Source: Parcubacteria bacterium C7867-007 (GTDB lineage Bacteria; Patescibacteriota; Minisyncoccia; Phycocordibacterales; Phycocordibacteraceae). Taken from it: a stretch of DNA of 64,000 nucleotides. Shown piece after piece: positions 53,837 through 63,351 of the stretch. A program made the translations under genes and the position numbers. A model generated the notes under the pieces. The model saw only the letters and a program-made list of their open reading frames with translations. It ran no database searches and had not been told where the DNA came from. The DNA lies in contig LFCQ01000003.1 of assembly GCA_001189195.1 (NCBI GenBank), forward strand, positions 207,791 to 271,790, in the 5' to 3' direction. Positions within the stretch are counted from its first letter, which is position 1. The number at the start of each line of letters is the position of its first letter.

Positions 53837-55588
53837 ATGGTATCCCTCGAAGAAAAGCGCCATACATTGGCCCATTTACTGGCTGCAGCCGTACAGGAAC
53901 GGTATTCCCACGCTAAGGCAACTATTGGTCCAGCGGTAGAAAATGGCTTCTATTACGACTTCGATTTCTCTGGGGGTGAAGCACCCAAGGAGGCTGATTT
54001 AATTGAGCTTGAGAACGCAATGCGTGAACTTCTTCCCTCTTGGGAGAAAATGACCGGTACTGAAGTATCAGAAGATGATGCACGTTCTCGTTTTATAGAT
54101 AATCCTTTCAAGCTGGAAATTATCGACGGCATCGTTGCTTCAGGTGAGAAGATCACTTTGTACACTGCCGGTGACTTCACAGACCTCTGTCGTGGAGGCC
54201 ATAGTGAACATCCCTCAAAGGACATTAAAGCTGACTCATTCATTCTCGATCGTGTTGCGGGCGCGTACTGGCGAGGTGATGAAAACAAACCAATGCTCAC
54301 TCGAATCTACGGTCTCGCATTTGATACAAAAGAAGAAACGGAGGCATATGTTTCCGCACGTGAAGAAGCAAAGCAACGTGATCATAAGAAGCTTGGCAAG
54401 GAACTCGACCTCTTCTTTATTGATGAGAAGGTTGGCAAGGGACTTCCCCTTTGGACCCCAAAGGGTACTGCAGTGAAGTTTGAGATGGAGAACTTTGTCC
54501 GTACGCTTGAGCGTTCATATGGCTATGAGCACGTTTCAACACCGTACCTAGGTGGTGAGGAGCTGTATCGAACATCTGGTCACCTTGATCACTACAGTCA
54601 CAACATGTACGCACCTATCGATATGGATGGCGACATGTTCTATCTCCGCCCAATGGCCTGCCCGCATCACATTCGTATGTTCCAGCGCAAGCCATGGAGC
54701 TACCGCGACCTCCCTGTTCGCTACGCAGAAATTGCAGACTACAATCGCTACGAGAAGTCTGGTGAGCTTATGGGTATGATTCGTGTGCGTAAGTTTCAAC
54801 TTTCAGATGGGCACATCTTCGTAAGTCCAGAAGGACTTAAGGAAGAGTTTAAGAATGTATGTCGCATGATCGTTGAGGGTATGAAGGGTCTTGGTCTTAT
54901 TGATATTGTTTCGTACCGTTTCTCGAAGCGTGATCCAAACAATAAAGAAAAATACTATCCAGACGACGAACTTTGGAACCACGCGGAGGCACTTATGAAA
55001 GAGGCCCTTGATGAACTGGGCTTCGACTATGTTGAGGCAGAAGACGAAGCAGCGTTCTATGGCCCTAAGCTTGATGTGCAGGCACGCAATGTAAACGGGA
55101 AGGAAGACACGCTCTTCACGGCACAGATGGACTTCCTTCTTCCTGAGAAGTTTGATATTGAATACACCGACGCCACCGGTCAGAAGAAACGCCCCGTGAT
55201 GATTCACCGTTCAACGATTGGTAGCCTAGAGCGTGTGTTTGGATTCTTGATTGAACACTATGGTGGCGCCTTCCCCACCTGGCTCGCACCCGTGCAGGTT
55301 AAGATCCTTCCTATCTCTGCAGAGAAGCATTTGGAGTACGGCAAAGAGATTCTTGCACAGCTTACGGGTGCAGGTGTACGTGCTGCGTTAGATGACGCCA
55401 ATGATTCTCTTGGCAAGCGTATTCGTGCAGCAAAGGCAGAGAAGATTCCATACCTCCTTGTTATTGGTGACGCAGAAGCTGAAGCAAAGACCGTCACCAT
55501 CGAGAGTCGTGATAACGGAAAGATGGAGGCCGTTCCAATGGTTGAATTTGTTGCAACCGTTCAAAAAGAAATAAAAGATCGCGCGTAG
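53837..55588 (+). CDS. thrS: threonine--tRNA ligase (catalytic + anticodon-binding; short N-terminus)
   Basis: Class II motifs (FRYEKSGELMGMIRVRKFQLSDGHIF; the HRSTIGSLERVFGFLIEHYGG region) and a C-terminal anticodon-binding domain. The start is assigned to MVSLEEKRHTL (53837). Confidence 0.9.
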   Translation: MVSLEEKRHTLAHLLAAAVQERYSHAKATIGPAVENGFYYDFDFSGGEAPKEADLIELENAMRELLPSWEKMTGTEVSEDDARSRFIDNPFKLEIIDGIVASGEKITLYTAGDFTDLCRGGHSEHPSKDIKADSFILDRVAGAYWRGDENKPMLTRIYGLAFDTKEETEAYVSAREEAKQRDHKKLGKELDLFFIDEKVGKGLPLWTPKGTAVKFEMENFVRTLERSYGYEHVSTPYLGGEELYRTSGHLDHYSHNMYAPIDMDGDMFYLRPMACPHHIRMFQRKPWSYRDLPVRYAEIADYNRYEKSGELMGMIRVRKFQLSDGHIFVSPEGLKEEFKNVCRMIVEGMKGLGLIDIVSYRFSKRDPNNKEKYYPDDELWNHAEALMKEALDELGFDYVEAEDEAAFYGPKLDVQARNVNGKEDTLFTAQMDFLLPEKFDIEYTDATGQKKRPVMIHRSTIGSLERVFGFLIEHYGGAFPTWLAPVQVKILPISAEKHLEYGKEILAQLTGAGVRAALDDANDSLGKRIRAAKAEKIPYLLVIGDAEAEAKTVTIESRDNGKMEAVPMVEFVATVQKEIKDRA

Positions 55589-55599
55589 CATACATGAAG

Positions 55600-55638
55600 A
55601 GGCGCCGGGACCAAAGATCCCGGCGCTTTTCTTTCCCA
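55600..55638. terminator. bidirectional terminator
   Basis: GGCGCCGGG-accaaagat-CCCGGCGC followed by ttttctttcc. Confidence 0.7.
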
Positions 55639-55647
55639 CCCGTCACG

Positions 55648-55908
55648 CTATTCGAAGCTGTGTCGCTGGCTAATGATCAATTCCTCATTGAACTGCTGCA
55701 CCTGCGTATCGACGTCGCTCGAAAAGTGAACGGTAGCTTCCTGCACCGGTTCCCGACAAAGGAGGTATCCGGTCGCCAAGAGGAACGTCGCAACGCCAGC
55801 TATAAGCCAACCCCATGGCCCCATAGGACGCACGGGACTTGGGTCTGGGGGTGGTTCGTAGTAGTGGCGATCATTGGCAGGTCGCTTGATTTGTGGATCT
55901 ACACGCAT
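55648..55908 (-). CDS. hypothetical small membrane protein
   Basis: An 86-aa ORF with one TM helix (WGWLIAGVATFLLATGYLL) and a Pro-rich N-terminus. Terminators lie on both sides. Confidence 0.3.
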   Translation of the reverse strand: MRVDPQIKRPANDRHYYEPPPDPSPVRPMGPWGWLIAGVATFLLATGYLLCREPVQEATVHFSSDVDTQVQQFNEELIISQRHSFE

Positions 55909-55969
55909 GAGCGTCTCCCCATGTTTTTTTGGCAGTATGCCCTGCGATAAACGGTACTCCTGTTTGAAT

Positions 55970-56004
55970 AAAAAGAAAGCGCCCGCAAGCGGGCGCTTTC
56001 TTTT
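55970..56004. terminator. bidirectional terminator
   Basis: aaaagaaaGCGCCCGC-aag-CGGGCGCtttctttt. Confidence 0.7.
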
Positions 56005-56014
56005 AGAGCACTGC

Positions 56015-58120
56015 TTATCCGTTCACAATCGCAAGAGCACGTGTTGCTGCAAGCTTTGCACCGGTCATACCAGCTGAATAGCTTGAATCAATTGCTGTTG
56101 CAAGTGAAGAGACGAGACGCTCAAGGAAGTGCGTTGCGCAATCTGAAGTGATGCGTGCAATCTCAGGGTGACACGGGGTGCCATCAATGCGAGCGCGGTA
56201 TGCATCATCAAGAGCACAGACGGCATGTGCAAGGAATTCCTGTGCATCACCACCCGTACGGTTCACGGTACGGAGAGTACCGAATACTTGTTCGCGGTCT
56301 CCAGAAAGGAGTGCGCCAAGGAAGCCGGAAATATCATCCGAGTACGTGATGGTCTCTACCGGTGCAGCAACTGGTACTGCCTGTGGCATAACCTCTTCCT
56401 GAACCTCTACCTTCGCGGCGCGTGGTGCCATATCCATATCATACGATGGGATTGATGGTGCTTCTACCTGTTCAAGGTGTGGAGCAAATACCATTCCAGA
56501 CTCACGTGAGAGACCCTTTACGATGTCATCGATCGTGAGTGCTTCGTTTGTAGCGAAGGACTTGAATCCCTGCTGCTGAAGCTGGTTAAGCGCAGGCGCT
56601 GCTGAGACCTGTATTGGTTCGATGTGTGCAACGTGAGCAACAGGCTCATAGGTTGGGATCGCTACAGGCATTGGTGTTGATTGTGGCATAGGTTCCGTGA
56701 CTTGTGGTGCTTCTGAATTAATTGCTTCCTGTACATTACTACCAAATGCCTTTGCGCGTCGAATTGCGAATGGGACACCTGCAAAGAGAATGAGGTATGC
56801 CGCTGCACCACTCCAAAGCACGAGACTTATCCAATAGATGGTGGTGCCAACAGGACCGAGCTCAAGACCGGTGTATGGAATCTGTGAGAGGTACACAGAT
56901 GCGAGAGGCTGTGAAGACGCAAGCATAACGTTTGGTCGACTACGACCACCTCCTCCGCCACCTCCTCCGCCACCGCCGCCGCAGTTCTCTGTACAGCCAG
57001 TCGTTGGGATCTTAATCTCCACCTTACAACTTGGGTTTGAGGTATCACCAGGGACACTAAGCTGATAGGTAGTTTCTGATGTTGGGTTAACCGTCTTGGT
57101 GCCATTAAGGGCAACCGACTCACCATTAAGAGTAGCGGAACTTGCATTCTGCGTATTCCAGGTAAGGATCACGTCCTCACCTGACTTAATTGAAGTCTTG
57201 CTTGCGGTTAGAAGTACACACTTACCCGGGTTACCTCCTCCACCTCCTGGAGGAGTTGTTGTAGTGGTGATCTTTACACTCACCACGCAAGGATTGCTTC
57301 CAACTGCACTTGGTACTGTCGCAGTGTATGTAGTATCTGCAGTTGGCTTAACGGCAACTGTCCCGAATGGAATTTGGGTGAATGTGCCAACACCATTATC
57401 AATAGTGATTGATGTTGCGTTAGCAGTGGTCTGCCATGAAAGCTGAATAGTTTCACCTGCAGTGATTGTTGTCTGGCTCGCAGTGAGCGCAAGACACTTT
57501 GGTACCTCAGGTACTACCGGTGGGATAACCGGTGGAACTACGGGGGGTACCACTGGAGGTACTACTGGTGGAACTACGGGAGGTATCGTTGGAGGAACCA
57601 CAGGAGGTACCACTGGTGGAGTAGTCTCAGGGAGCGTACAACACGGAGGAAGTATGTCTGGTGGAGCTACTATCGGTGGTGTAAGTGGTGTGTCGCTGGG
57701 AACAGTACAGCAAGGTGGGAGTACATCCGGTGCAGGTGTTACGGGTGGTGTTGGAGGAGTTGAGTCGGGAATAGTACAACACGGAGGAAGTACGTCTGGT
57801 GGTGGTACCACAGGCGGTGTTGGTGTTGGCGCATCAGGTATGGTGCAGCACGGCGGCAGTGCATCCGGTTCAGGAGTTGGAACTATAGGTGGTGGTGGAA
57901 GTGGTGGGAGTACAGGAGGAGGTGGTGGAGGTGGAGGTGTTGGAACAGTACAGCAGGGCGGCAGTACATCGAAGGCTTTCACCATCTGCGGCGTAGCAAA
58001 ACCAGTCGCGAATGCAGTCGCCATTCCCACCGAAAGTACGGCGAGCACAGCGAACACACCCGTTGCGATAGGGTTTAGCTTTGAAGGCACGCGGCCGTTC
58101 GAAGAGTTGATTGATTCCAT
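56015..58120 (-). CDS. large Pro-rich surface protein with (D)VLPPCCT(V/I)P repeats, two Ig-like domains, a Gly12 run, an internal TM helix and a ~250-aa C-terminal cytoplasmic domain
   Basis: N-terminal TM/signal, then five PPCC repeats embedded in poly-Pro and (PPVV)n. Two ~90-aa Cys-bounded beta-rich modules follow (CLALTASQTTITAGETIQLSW...; CVLLTASKTSIKSGEDVILTW...). Then G12, IPYTG + TM + RRAK, and a C-terminal helical domain. Confidence 0.7.
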   Translation of the reverse strand: MESINSSNGRVPSKLNPIATGVFAVLAVLSVGMATAFATGFATPQMVKAFDVLPPCCTVPTPPPPPPPPVLPPLPPPPIVPTPEPDALPPCCTIPDAPTPTPPVVPPPDVLPPCCTIPDSTPPTPPVTPAPDVLPPCCTVPSDTPLTPPIVAPPDILPPCCTLPETTPPVVPPVVPPTIPPVVPPVVPPVVPPVVPPVIPPVVPEVPKCLALTASQTTITAGETIQLSWQTTANATSITIDNGVGTFTQIPFGTVAVKPTADTTYTATVPSAVGSNPCVVSVKITTTTTPPGGGGGNPGKCVLLTASKTSIKSGEDVILTWNTQNASSATLNGESVALNGTKTVNPTSETTYQLSVPGDTSNPSCKVEIKIPTTGCTENCGGGGGGGGGGGGRSRPNVMLASSQPLASVYLSQIPYTGLELGPVGTTIYWISLVLWSGAAAYLILFAGVPFAIRRAKAFGSNVQEAINSEAPQVTEPMPQSTPMPVAIPTYEPVAHVAHIEPIQVSAAPALNQLQQQGFKSFATNEALTIDDIVKGLSRESGMVFAPHLEQVEAPSIPSYDMDMAPRAAKVEVQEEVMPQAVPVAAPVETITYSDDISGFLGALLSGDREQVFGTLRTVNRTGGDAQEFLAHAVCALDDAYRARIDGTPCHPEIARITSDCATHFLERLVSSLATAIDSSYSAGMTGAKLAATRALAIVNG

Positions 58121-58233
58121 AAGATGTTCTGGGATAGTAAAAAGCGCACTGCCCTGCCGTTTTCACGGCGTACAAAAAAGAGGAGTGGTGACGCGCGCGC
58201 AAAACGAGCGCGTCACCAGAAGTGGTAGCTGAC

Positions 58234-59268
58234 CTACTTGGGGTAGGTGACGTGCGACGGAAGGACCGTCGCAACGTACTTGCCGTCAGGTTGCTTCACG
58301 AAGTGAACCGAACGGATGCCGACGGCATTCGAATGGCTTCTCACCGTGCGCTTTTGCTCGACCCCGTCGACGACGGTGGTCACGACGTGGCTCTTCGTCC
58401 AGCAGAAGACGATCGTGTAGACGTCCCCTTTTGTGACGATGGACTTCGGCACGTACAAGATGTTGTTCGTGCCGAAGTGCTCCGGCACTTCACTGATCGG
58501 CTTCTGCAGCTTGCGGCCCGTCGCGTTAACAAGGGCCTGCATGTTGCAGAGGTATTCCGGGCATTGGTCGGGTAGTTCCCGATCATATTTGGTCGTGCCG
58601 GACCACTTGATGCCCCAGCAGGTCGACTTGGGGAACGCTTCGTTCCCCATCACCGGGATGTTCACCCCGATGTCCTTTCCATCAGTGTTCTGAGTCGGGA
58701 AGATGACCTCGGCACATTCATCCTCAACGACGACTTCCTCAACCTCGAGCAGCGCGATGTTCGCGCAATCCTCGAGAGCGATGACCTTACCTGTCTGGGT
58801 GTCATACCAGGCAAACTCGTCGTCGCGCAGTTCACGCTTGAATCCACTGTTGAGGTCCAGCACCATCTTCCCGTTGACCTCGATCATGCGGGAAGAGAGG
58901 TACCAGCCGCCTTTGACTTTTTGCCTCGAGAGGCTACGGAAAAAGGCCGGAAGTTGCTCCGCCTTGGTGATTCCGGAATCTGAATGCCATTTCACAATGG
59001 CTTCCAAATACGAATTCGGCGTAGCGCAGCGAGATCGGTTGGCCGGGGTGCATTCGCCGGGGGCGAGCAACCCATTTCCCGAAGGATCGTCCTTCAGGGA
59101 CCGTTCGATCCGCTGTGCCGCATCTTCGGGACCTTTCAGGCCCTTCATGAGCGGGTGACCAGGATGTTGTTCCGAGGTCGACGAAGTGTTCGTTTGCGCC
59201 GCCTGCGCAGTCCCCGCCGTGAAGGCGAAGGCCAGCACGGCGGCCGTTGCGAGCAGTTGCGTACGCAC
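58234..59268 (-). CDS. high-GC hypothetical secreted protein
   Basis: Signal peptide MRTQLLATAAVLAFAFTAGTAQA. The 344-aa protein has several Cys pairs. GC is ~60% with GC3-rich codons, unlike the housekeeping genes. Confidence 0.6.
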   Translation of the reverse strand: MRTQLLATAAVLAFAFTAGTAQAAQTNTSSTSEQHPGHPLMKGLKGPEDAAQRIERSLKDDPSGNGLLAPGECTPANRSRCATPNSYLEAIVKWHSDSGITKAEQLPAFFRSLSRQKVKGGWYLSSRMIEVNGKMVLDLNSGFKRELRDDEFAWYDTQTGKVIALEDCANIALLEVEEVVVEDECAEVIFPTQNTDGKDIGVNIPVMGNEAFPKSTCWGIKWSGTTKYDRELPDQCPEYLCNMQALVNATGRKLQKPISEVPEHFGTNNILYVPKSIVTKGDVYTIVFCWTKSHVVTTVVDGVEQKRTVRSHSNAVGIRSVHFVKQPDGKYVATVLPSHVTYPK

Positions 59269-59384
59269 TTCTGTAACTCCTCTGTTGTCGTCCCGTAGGA
59301 CGAACTGATTGAATGTTCAGGTACTCACCACACATGTGATGAGGCTTACTACAATTACTTGCAGCGAGCGATCTGACCAGAGCA

Positions 59385-60044
59385 CTAGGCTCCGATCAGG
59401 TCGCTCTCAACAAGATTCGCCGTAACAACGAAACGAGCAGACTTCGTACCAAATGAGTCACAGGTCGCAAGAGTTAGCTTGCTGCCCGTAACGATTAGAG
59501 GTATTGAGTCAGACTCAGCATCTGCCTTTACGACGGACTCCACGGCATAAACATACACATGGTCTGAACCAGTAACCGTAATACGGTCGCCGGGCTTCAG
59601 ATCCTGAATACCATCGAAGGCCTTGAATGCAGGATTGTTCACAATGGGCAGATAACTAGAGTGCCCAAATATGATTACATTCCCTGCCTCCCCAAGTTTT
59701 GATGAAGTTGGGTAACGGACGGTTCCCTTAAGGAGTTCACGGTCCAGAACCGCAACGTCTGTAGACTCAGGGTTTGATACGGTAACAGACAGCTTAATAC
59801 TCGGGATCTCAATCTTTGTTGGAAGCTCTGGCTTGGTAGTTACCGCCTGAACTGCAGATGCAGTGAGGCTGGTAGCTACTTTTACAGGAGCTTCGGGAAC
59901 AAGATCTAGAGCAACCAGGGTGCTGTAGGAGGTAAGGAATACCAATGCAAAAGATACCAAGAAGCTCCACTTCTTGGCTGAAACCTTCTGTCCAGCCTGC
60001 ACGCTTGAAGCGGCGACCTTGATAATTGGTCCGTTTGTTGCCAT
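59385..60044 (-). CDS. sortase-family transpeptidase
   Basis: N-terminal TM anchor, catalytic His in IIFGHSSY and catalytic Cys in LTLATCDSFG (the TLxTC motif). Confidence 0.7.
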   Translation of the reverse strand: MATNGPIIKVAASSVQAGQKVSAKKWSFLVSFALVFLTSYSTLVALDLVPEAPVKVATSLTASAVQAVTTKPELPTKIEIPSIKLSVTVSNPESTDVAVLDRELLKGTVRYPTSSKLGEAGNVIIFGHSSYLPIVNNPAFKAFDGIQDLKPGDRITVTGSDHVYVYAVESVVKADAESDSIPLIVTGSKLTLATCDSFGTKSARFVVTANLVESDLIGA

Positions 60045-60127
60045 ATCGTCTTATACATATTTACATCATAACAACCCTATTGTCAAGCCCTGCTTCATGT
60101 TCCGACACTTGACACTATATGTAGGGT

Positions 60128-60913
60128 GTGGTAAATAGTACTTATATGGAAACGATCACAAAGACCACCGTCACTCGCGATCCGCGTCGTGGTTATGCTA
60201 TCCACGCTCTTGCAGTGGTTGGCTTTATCACACTTATTATTACGGGTATCTGGCTTGCAATCTACACTGCACAGTTTGTGCCTACCGCAGTTAACCGCGT
60301 TGGTACTGCTGCTGTATTCCTATCTCAAGTGTTCTCTCCTTCCGAGGATAAGAACCTTACGGTAGTGCCCCAGATTCCATTCGATAATACGGTTGCATCT
60401 ACTACCACAGCAACCACTACGGTACCTGCAGCACCTGTGGTAACCACCATTCCTGGTGGCCCTGCACCCGTCGCAACAAACCCTGGTCGTCCTACAACAA
60501 ACACCTACCCGGCAGCCGGCAGCACCAATGCTCCCCTTTCCGGAAAGTCTGACCTGATCGTTTCAATCACCCAGACGGGATACCTTACCAGCAACTCAAC
60601 AGATTCATTTGTTTCAAGTAACTCTGTACCAGACAACAAGAATGCTGCAGTAAAGTTCACCGTCACCAACATTGGTACCAATATCAGCGGTACCTGGGAG
60701 TTCCGTGCCTCGCTTCCAACCACCTCAAGCTATACCTTCAACTCTGATACGCAGCAGTCACTGCGTCCTGGAGAAAAGATTGAGTACGTACTTGGTTTCG
60801 ACCGCGCACGCTCAGGAGATCGTTCTATCACCATTACGGTTGATACTGACAATGATGTGAATGAATCAAACGAGGGCAATAACAGTGATTCAGAAATAAT
60901 CACGATTAAGTAA
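60128..60913 (+). CDS. membrane-anchored CARDB-like surface protein
   Basis: N-terminal TM helix, Thr/Pro-rich linker, and a C-terminal domain (...DLIVSITQ...VTNIGTNISGTWEFRA...NESNEGNNSDSEIITIK) typical of CARDB. Confidence 0.55.
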   Translation: MVNSTYMETITKTTVTRDPRRGYAIHALAVVGFITLIITGIWLAIYTAQFVPTAVNRVGTAAVFLSQVFSPSEDKNLTVVPQIPFDNTVASTTTATTTVPAAPVVTTIPGGPAPVATNPGRPTTNTYPAAGSTNAPLSGKSDLIVSITQTGYLTSNSTDSFVSSNSVPDNKNAAVKFTVTNIGTNISGTWEFRASLPTTSSYTFNSDTQQSLRPGEKIEYVLGFDRARSGDRSITITVDTDNDVNESNEGNNSDSEIITIK

Positions 60914-60917
60914 GCAA

Positions 60918-60957
60918 AAGAAAAACCGCCCGCTTATTGCGGGCGGTTTTTCTTTTG
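60918..60957. terminator. bidirectional terminator between convergent genes
   Basis: aaaaACCGCCCGC-ttatt-GCGGGCGGTttttcttttg. Confidence 0.7.
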
Positions 60958-60958
60958 C

Positions 60959-63040
60959 TTATACGTCTAGGTTTGCGAGCTTCGCATTAGATTGAATGAA
61001 GCTCTTACGACTCGGTACATCTGATCCCATCAAGATATCGAAGATACGGTCTGCATCGGTAGCGTCTTCGATGGTGACGCGCTTAAGAACACGATTGCTT
61101 GGATTCATAGTGGTCTCCCATAGCTCTTCTGGATTCATCTCACCGAGACCTTTGTATCGCTGGATAGAGACTTTCATTCCTTTCTTGGTGGTTAGCTCTT
61201 CCTCTGGAGTTTCATCACCATCTTCTTCTGTTCCTTGAGCTTCGTCCGAAGCTTCTACAGCCATTTCTGCATCAGGACCAAGTATACGGAACTTCTCTTC
61301 ATCAGTGTATGCGTACATCACCTCTTTACCGCGCTTGATCTTATAGAGAGGTGGCTGTGCAATGTATATAAAACCACCATCAATGATTGGGCGGAAATGG
61401 CGATAGAAGAGCGTTAGAAGAAGTGTACGAATGTGTGCACCATCTACGTCCGCATCAGTTGCAATGATGATCTTGTGGTATCGAAGCTTGCTGATATCAA
61501 AGATGTCACCAATAGCAGTACCCATGGCGACCACAAGGTTCTTAATCTGTTCAGACGCAAGCATCTTATCAAGACGAGCACGCTCGATGTTAAGGATCTT
61601 GCCGCGGAGTGGAAGAATAGCTTGAGTACGACGATCACGGCCGGTCTTTGCAGAACCTCCTGCAGAATCTCCCTCCACAATAAAGATTTCTGATTCAGCC
61701 GGGTCCTTTGTTTGGCAGTCTGCCAGCTTACCTGGAAGGGTCATACCTTCAAGAGCTCCCTTTCGAAGCACAGAGTCCTTTGCGGCCTTTGCGGCCTTAC
61801 GCGCCTTAAGTGCGAGCAGCACCTTGTTTACAATTGCACGACCATCATCTGGATTCTCTTCAAGGAAGGTGTTAAGTGCTCCACCAAATACTGTTGCCAC
61901 AGCACCTTGCGCTTCCACTGAACCAAGCTTGCCTTTTGTTTGTCCCTCGAACTGAATTTCGGGCATTTTAACTGAGACCACTGCAGTGATACCTTCCAGC
62001 ACATCGTCACCCGTGAAATTCTCTTCACTTTCCTTCAGTATTCCTGCAGTGCGTGCGTACGTGTTAAGGGTACGAGTTAGTGCCGTCTTAAAACCGGTTA
62101 CGTGCGTACCGTGTTCTGGATTGTATGTGTTGTTCGCAAATGCAAGAAGTCGAGGTGAGATATCATCAGTGTACTGAAATGCCACTTCAACCATCACTTC
62201 ATTCTCAGTGGCGTCTACATAGAAAATATTCTTGTGCGCAGGCGCTTGATGTTTGTTGGTGAAGGCAACCAGCGAGCGAAGACCGTTCTCGAAGAAGAAC
62301 GTCATGGTGGGTACTTCCAGACCAAGCTCGCGAACGTACGCAACCTCTTCGGAATCCACCATACCTGCTTCACGTGCATCAATCACACACATACGTGTTC
62401 CCTTTACGAGGTATGCTTGCTGACGAATATGTCCAACAATTCGGTCCCAGTTCCAATTGATACCGTCTTTAAATATTGAAACGTCTGGTTTGAAGAATAC
62501 GACCGAGCCCTGATGTTTGGTTTTACCAATCTGCTTTACCTTAGCCATTGCCTTACCGATCTTGTATTCCTGCATGTGCGTTGCACCCTCTTTATGTACG
62601 ATGACCTTCGCGTGTTCAGAGAGTGCGTTCACTACAGACGCACCCACACCGTGTAGACCACCAGACACCTTGTATCCAGAATCTTCACCACCAAACTTAC
62701 CTCCCGCATGGAGCGTGGTCATAATCGTCTCAAGTGCTGAGACCTTTGTCTTTGGATGAATGCCGACAGGAATACCGCGACCGTTATCTACAACACGCAC
62801 ATAGCCACCAGGAAGAAGGGTGATCTCAATATCATCAGCAAAACCACCCATCGCTTCATCACGTGAGTTATCGAAAATCTCCCAAATGAGGTGGTGGAGA
62901 CCATCGGGACCAGTGGTTCCGATGTACATACCTGGGCGCTTACGCACAGGATCGAGGCCTTCCAGAACAGTAATGGAGGACGCATCGTAATCGCCGCTCT
63001 TAGCGGCCTTTTTAGTCGTTTTATCGCCTTCCTTAGCCAT
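60959..63040 (-). CDS. gyrB: DNA gyrase subunit B (type IIA topoisomerase ATPase subunit)
   Basis: GHKL ATPase (GLHHLIWEIFDNSRDEAM...DNGRGIP), Toprim (EIFIVEGDSAGGSAK) and a C-terminal tail. It could be parE; gyrB is preferred on length (693 aa). Confidence 0.9.
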   Translation of the reverse strand: MAKEGDKTTKKAAKSGDYDASSITVLEGLDPVRKRPGMYIGTTGPDGLHHLIWEIFDNSRDEAMGGFADDIEITLLPGGYVRVVDNGRGIPVGIHPKTKVSALETIMTTLHAGGKFGGEDSGYKVSGGLHGVGASVVNALSEHAKVIVHKEGATHMQEYKIGKAMAKVKQIGKTKHQGSVVFFKPDVSIFKDGINWNWDRIVGHIRQQAYLVKGTRMCVIDAREAGMVDSEEVAYVRELGLEVPTMTFFFENGLRSLVAFTNKHQAPAHKNIFYVDATENEVMVEVAFQYTDDISPRLLAFANNTYNPEHGTHVTGFKTALTRTLNTYARTAGILKESEENFTGDDVLEGITAVVSVKMPEIQFEGQTKGKLGSVEAQGAVATVFGGALNTFLEENPDDGRAIVNKVLLALKARKAAKAAKDSVLRKGALEGMTLPGKLADCQTKDPAESEIFIVEGDSAGGSAKTGRDRRTQAILPLRGKILNIERARLDKMLASEQIKNLVVAMGTAIGDIFDISKLRYHKIIIATDADVDGAHIRTLLLTLFYRHFRPIIDGGFIYIAQPPLYKIKRGKEVMYAYTDEEKFRILGPDAEMAVEASDEAQGTEEDGDETPEEELTTKKGMKVSIQRYKGLGEMNPEELWETTMNPSNRVLKRVTIEDATDADRIFDILMGSDVPSRKSFIQSNAKLANLDV

Positions 63041-63351
63041 ACTTTGTTACATGAAGTATAGCATATTCATATGTAAACCGGTCTTTGACGAAGCATACTA
63101 TTAAGGGTATAACGCAGATAGACCTCACATCAGGTTTAGGAAAGCAGGCAACCAGTGAGCAACGTAATTAGGACCAGAAACCCGATCATGATCGCATTGT
63201 CAGCAATTGGAGATGCGCTGACAGTAGCCATCGTACTATGCATCCTTATTCCAGCTTGGGTATGGATGAGTAAAGTAGAGCGTACCGATGATGACTGGGA
63301 CTAACCCACTAGATCGCCTCGTAAAGAAACGGGGCGATCATTGCGTTATGG

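Noticed and set aside
57462-58232. 256-aa plus-strand ORF full of GGTTGG/(TGG)n repeats
   Set aside because: It is antisense to the Pro/Gly-rich surface-protein gene. The open frame is a by-product of the CCN/GGN repeat composition and has no independent start/SD context.
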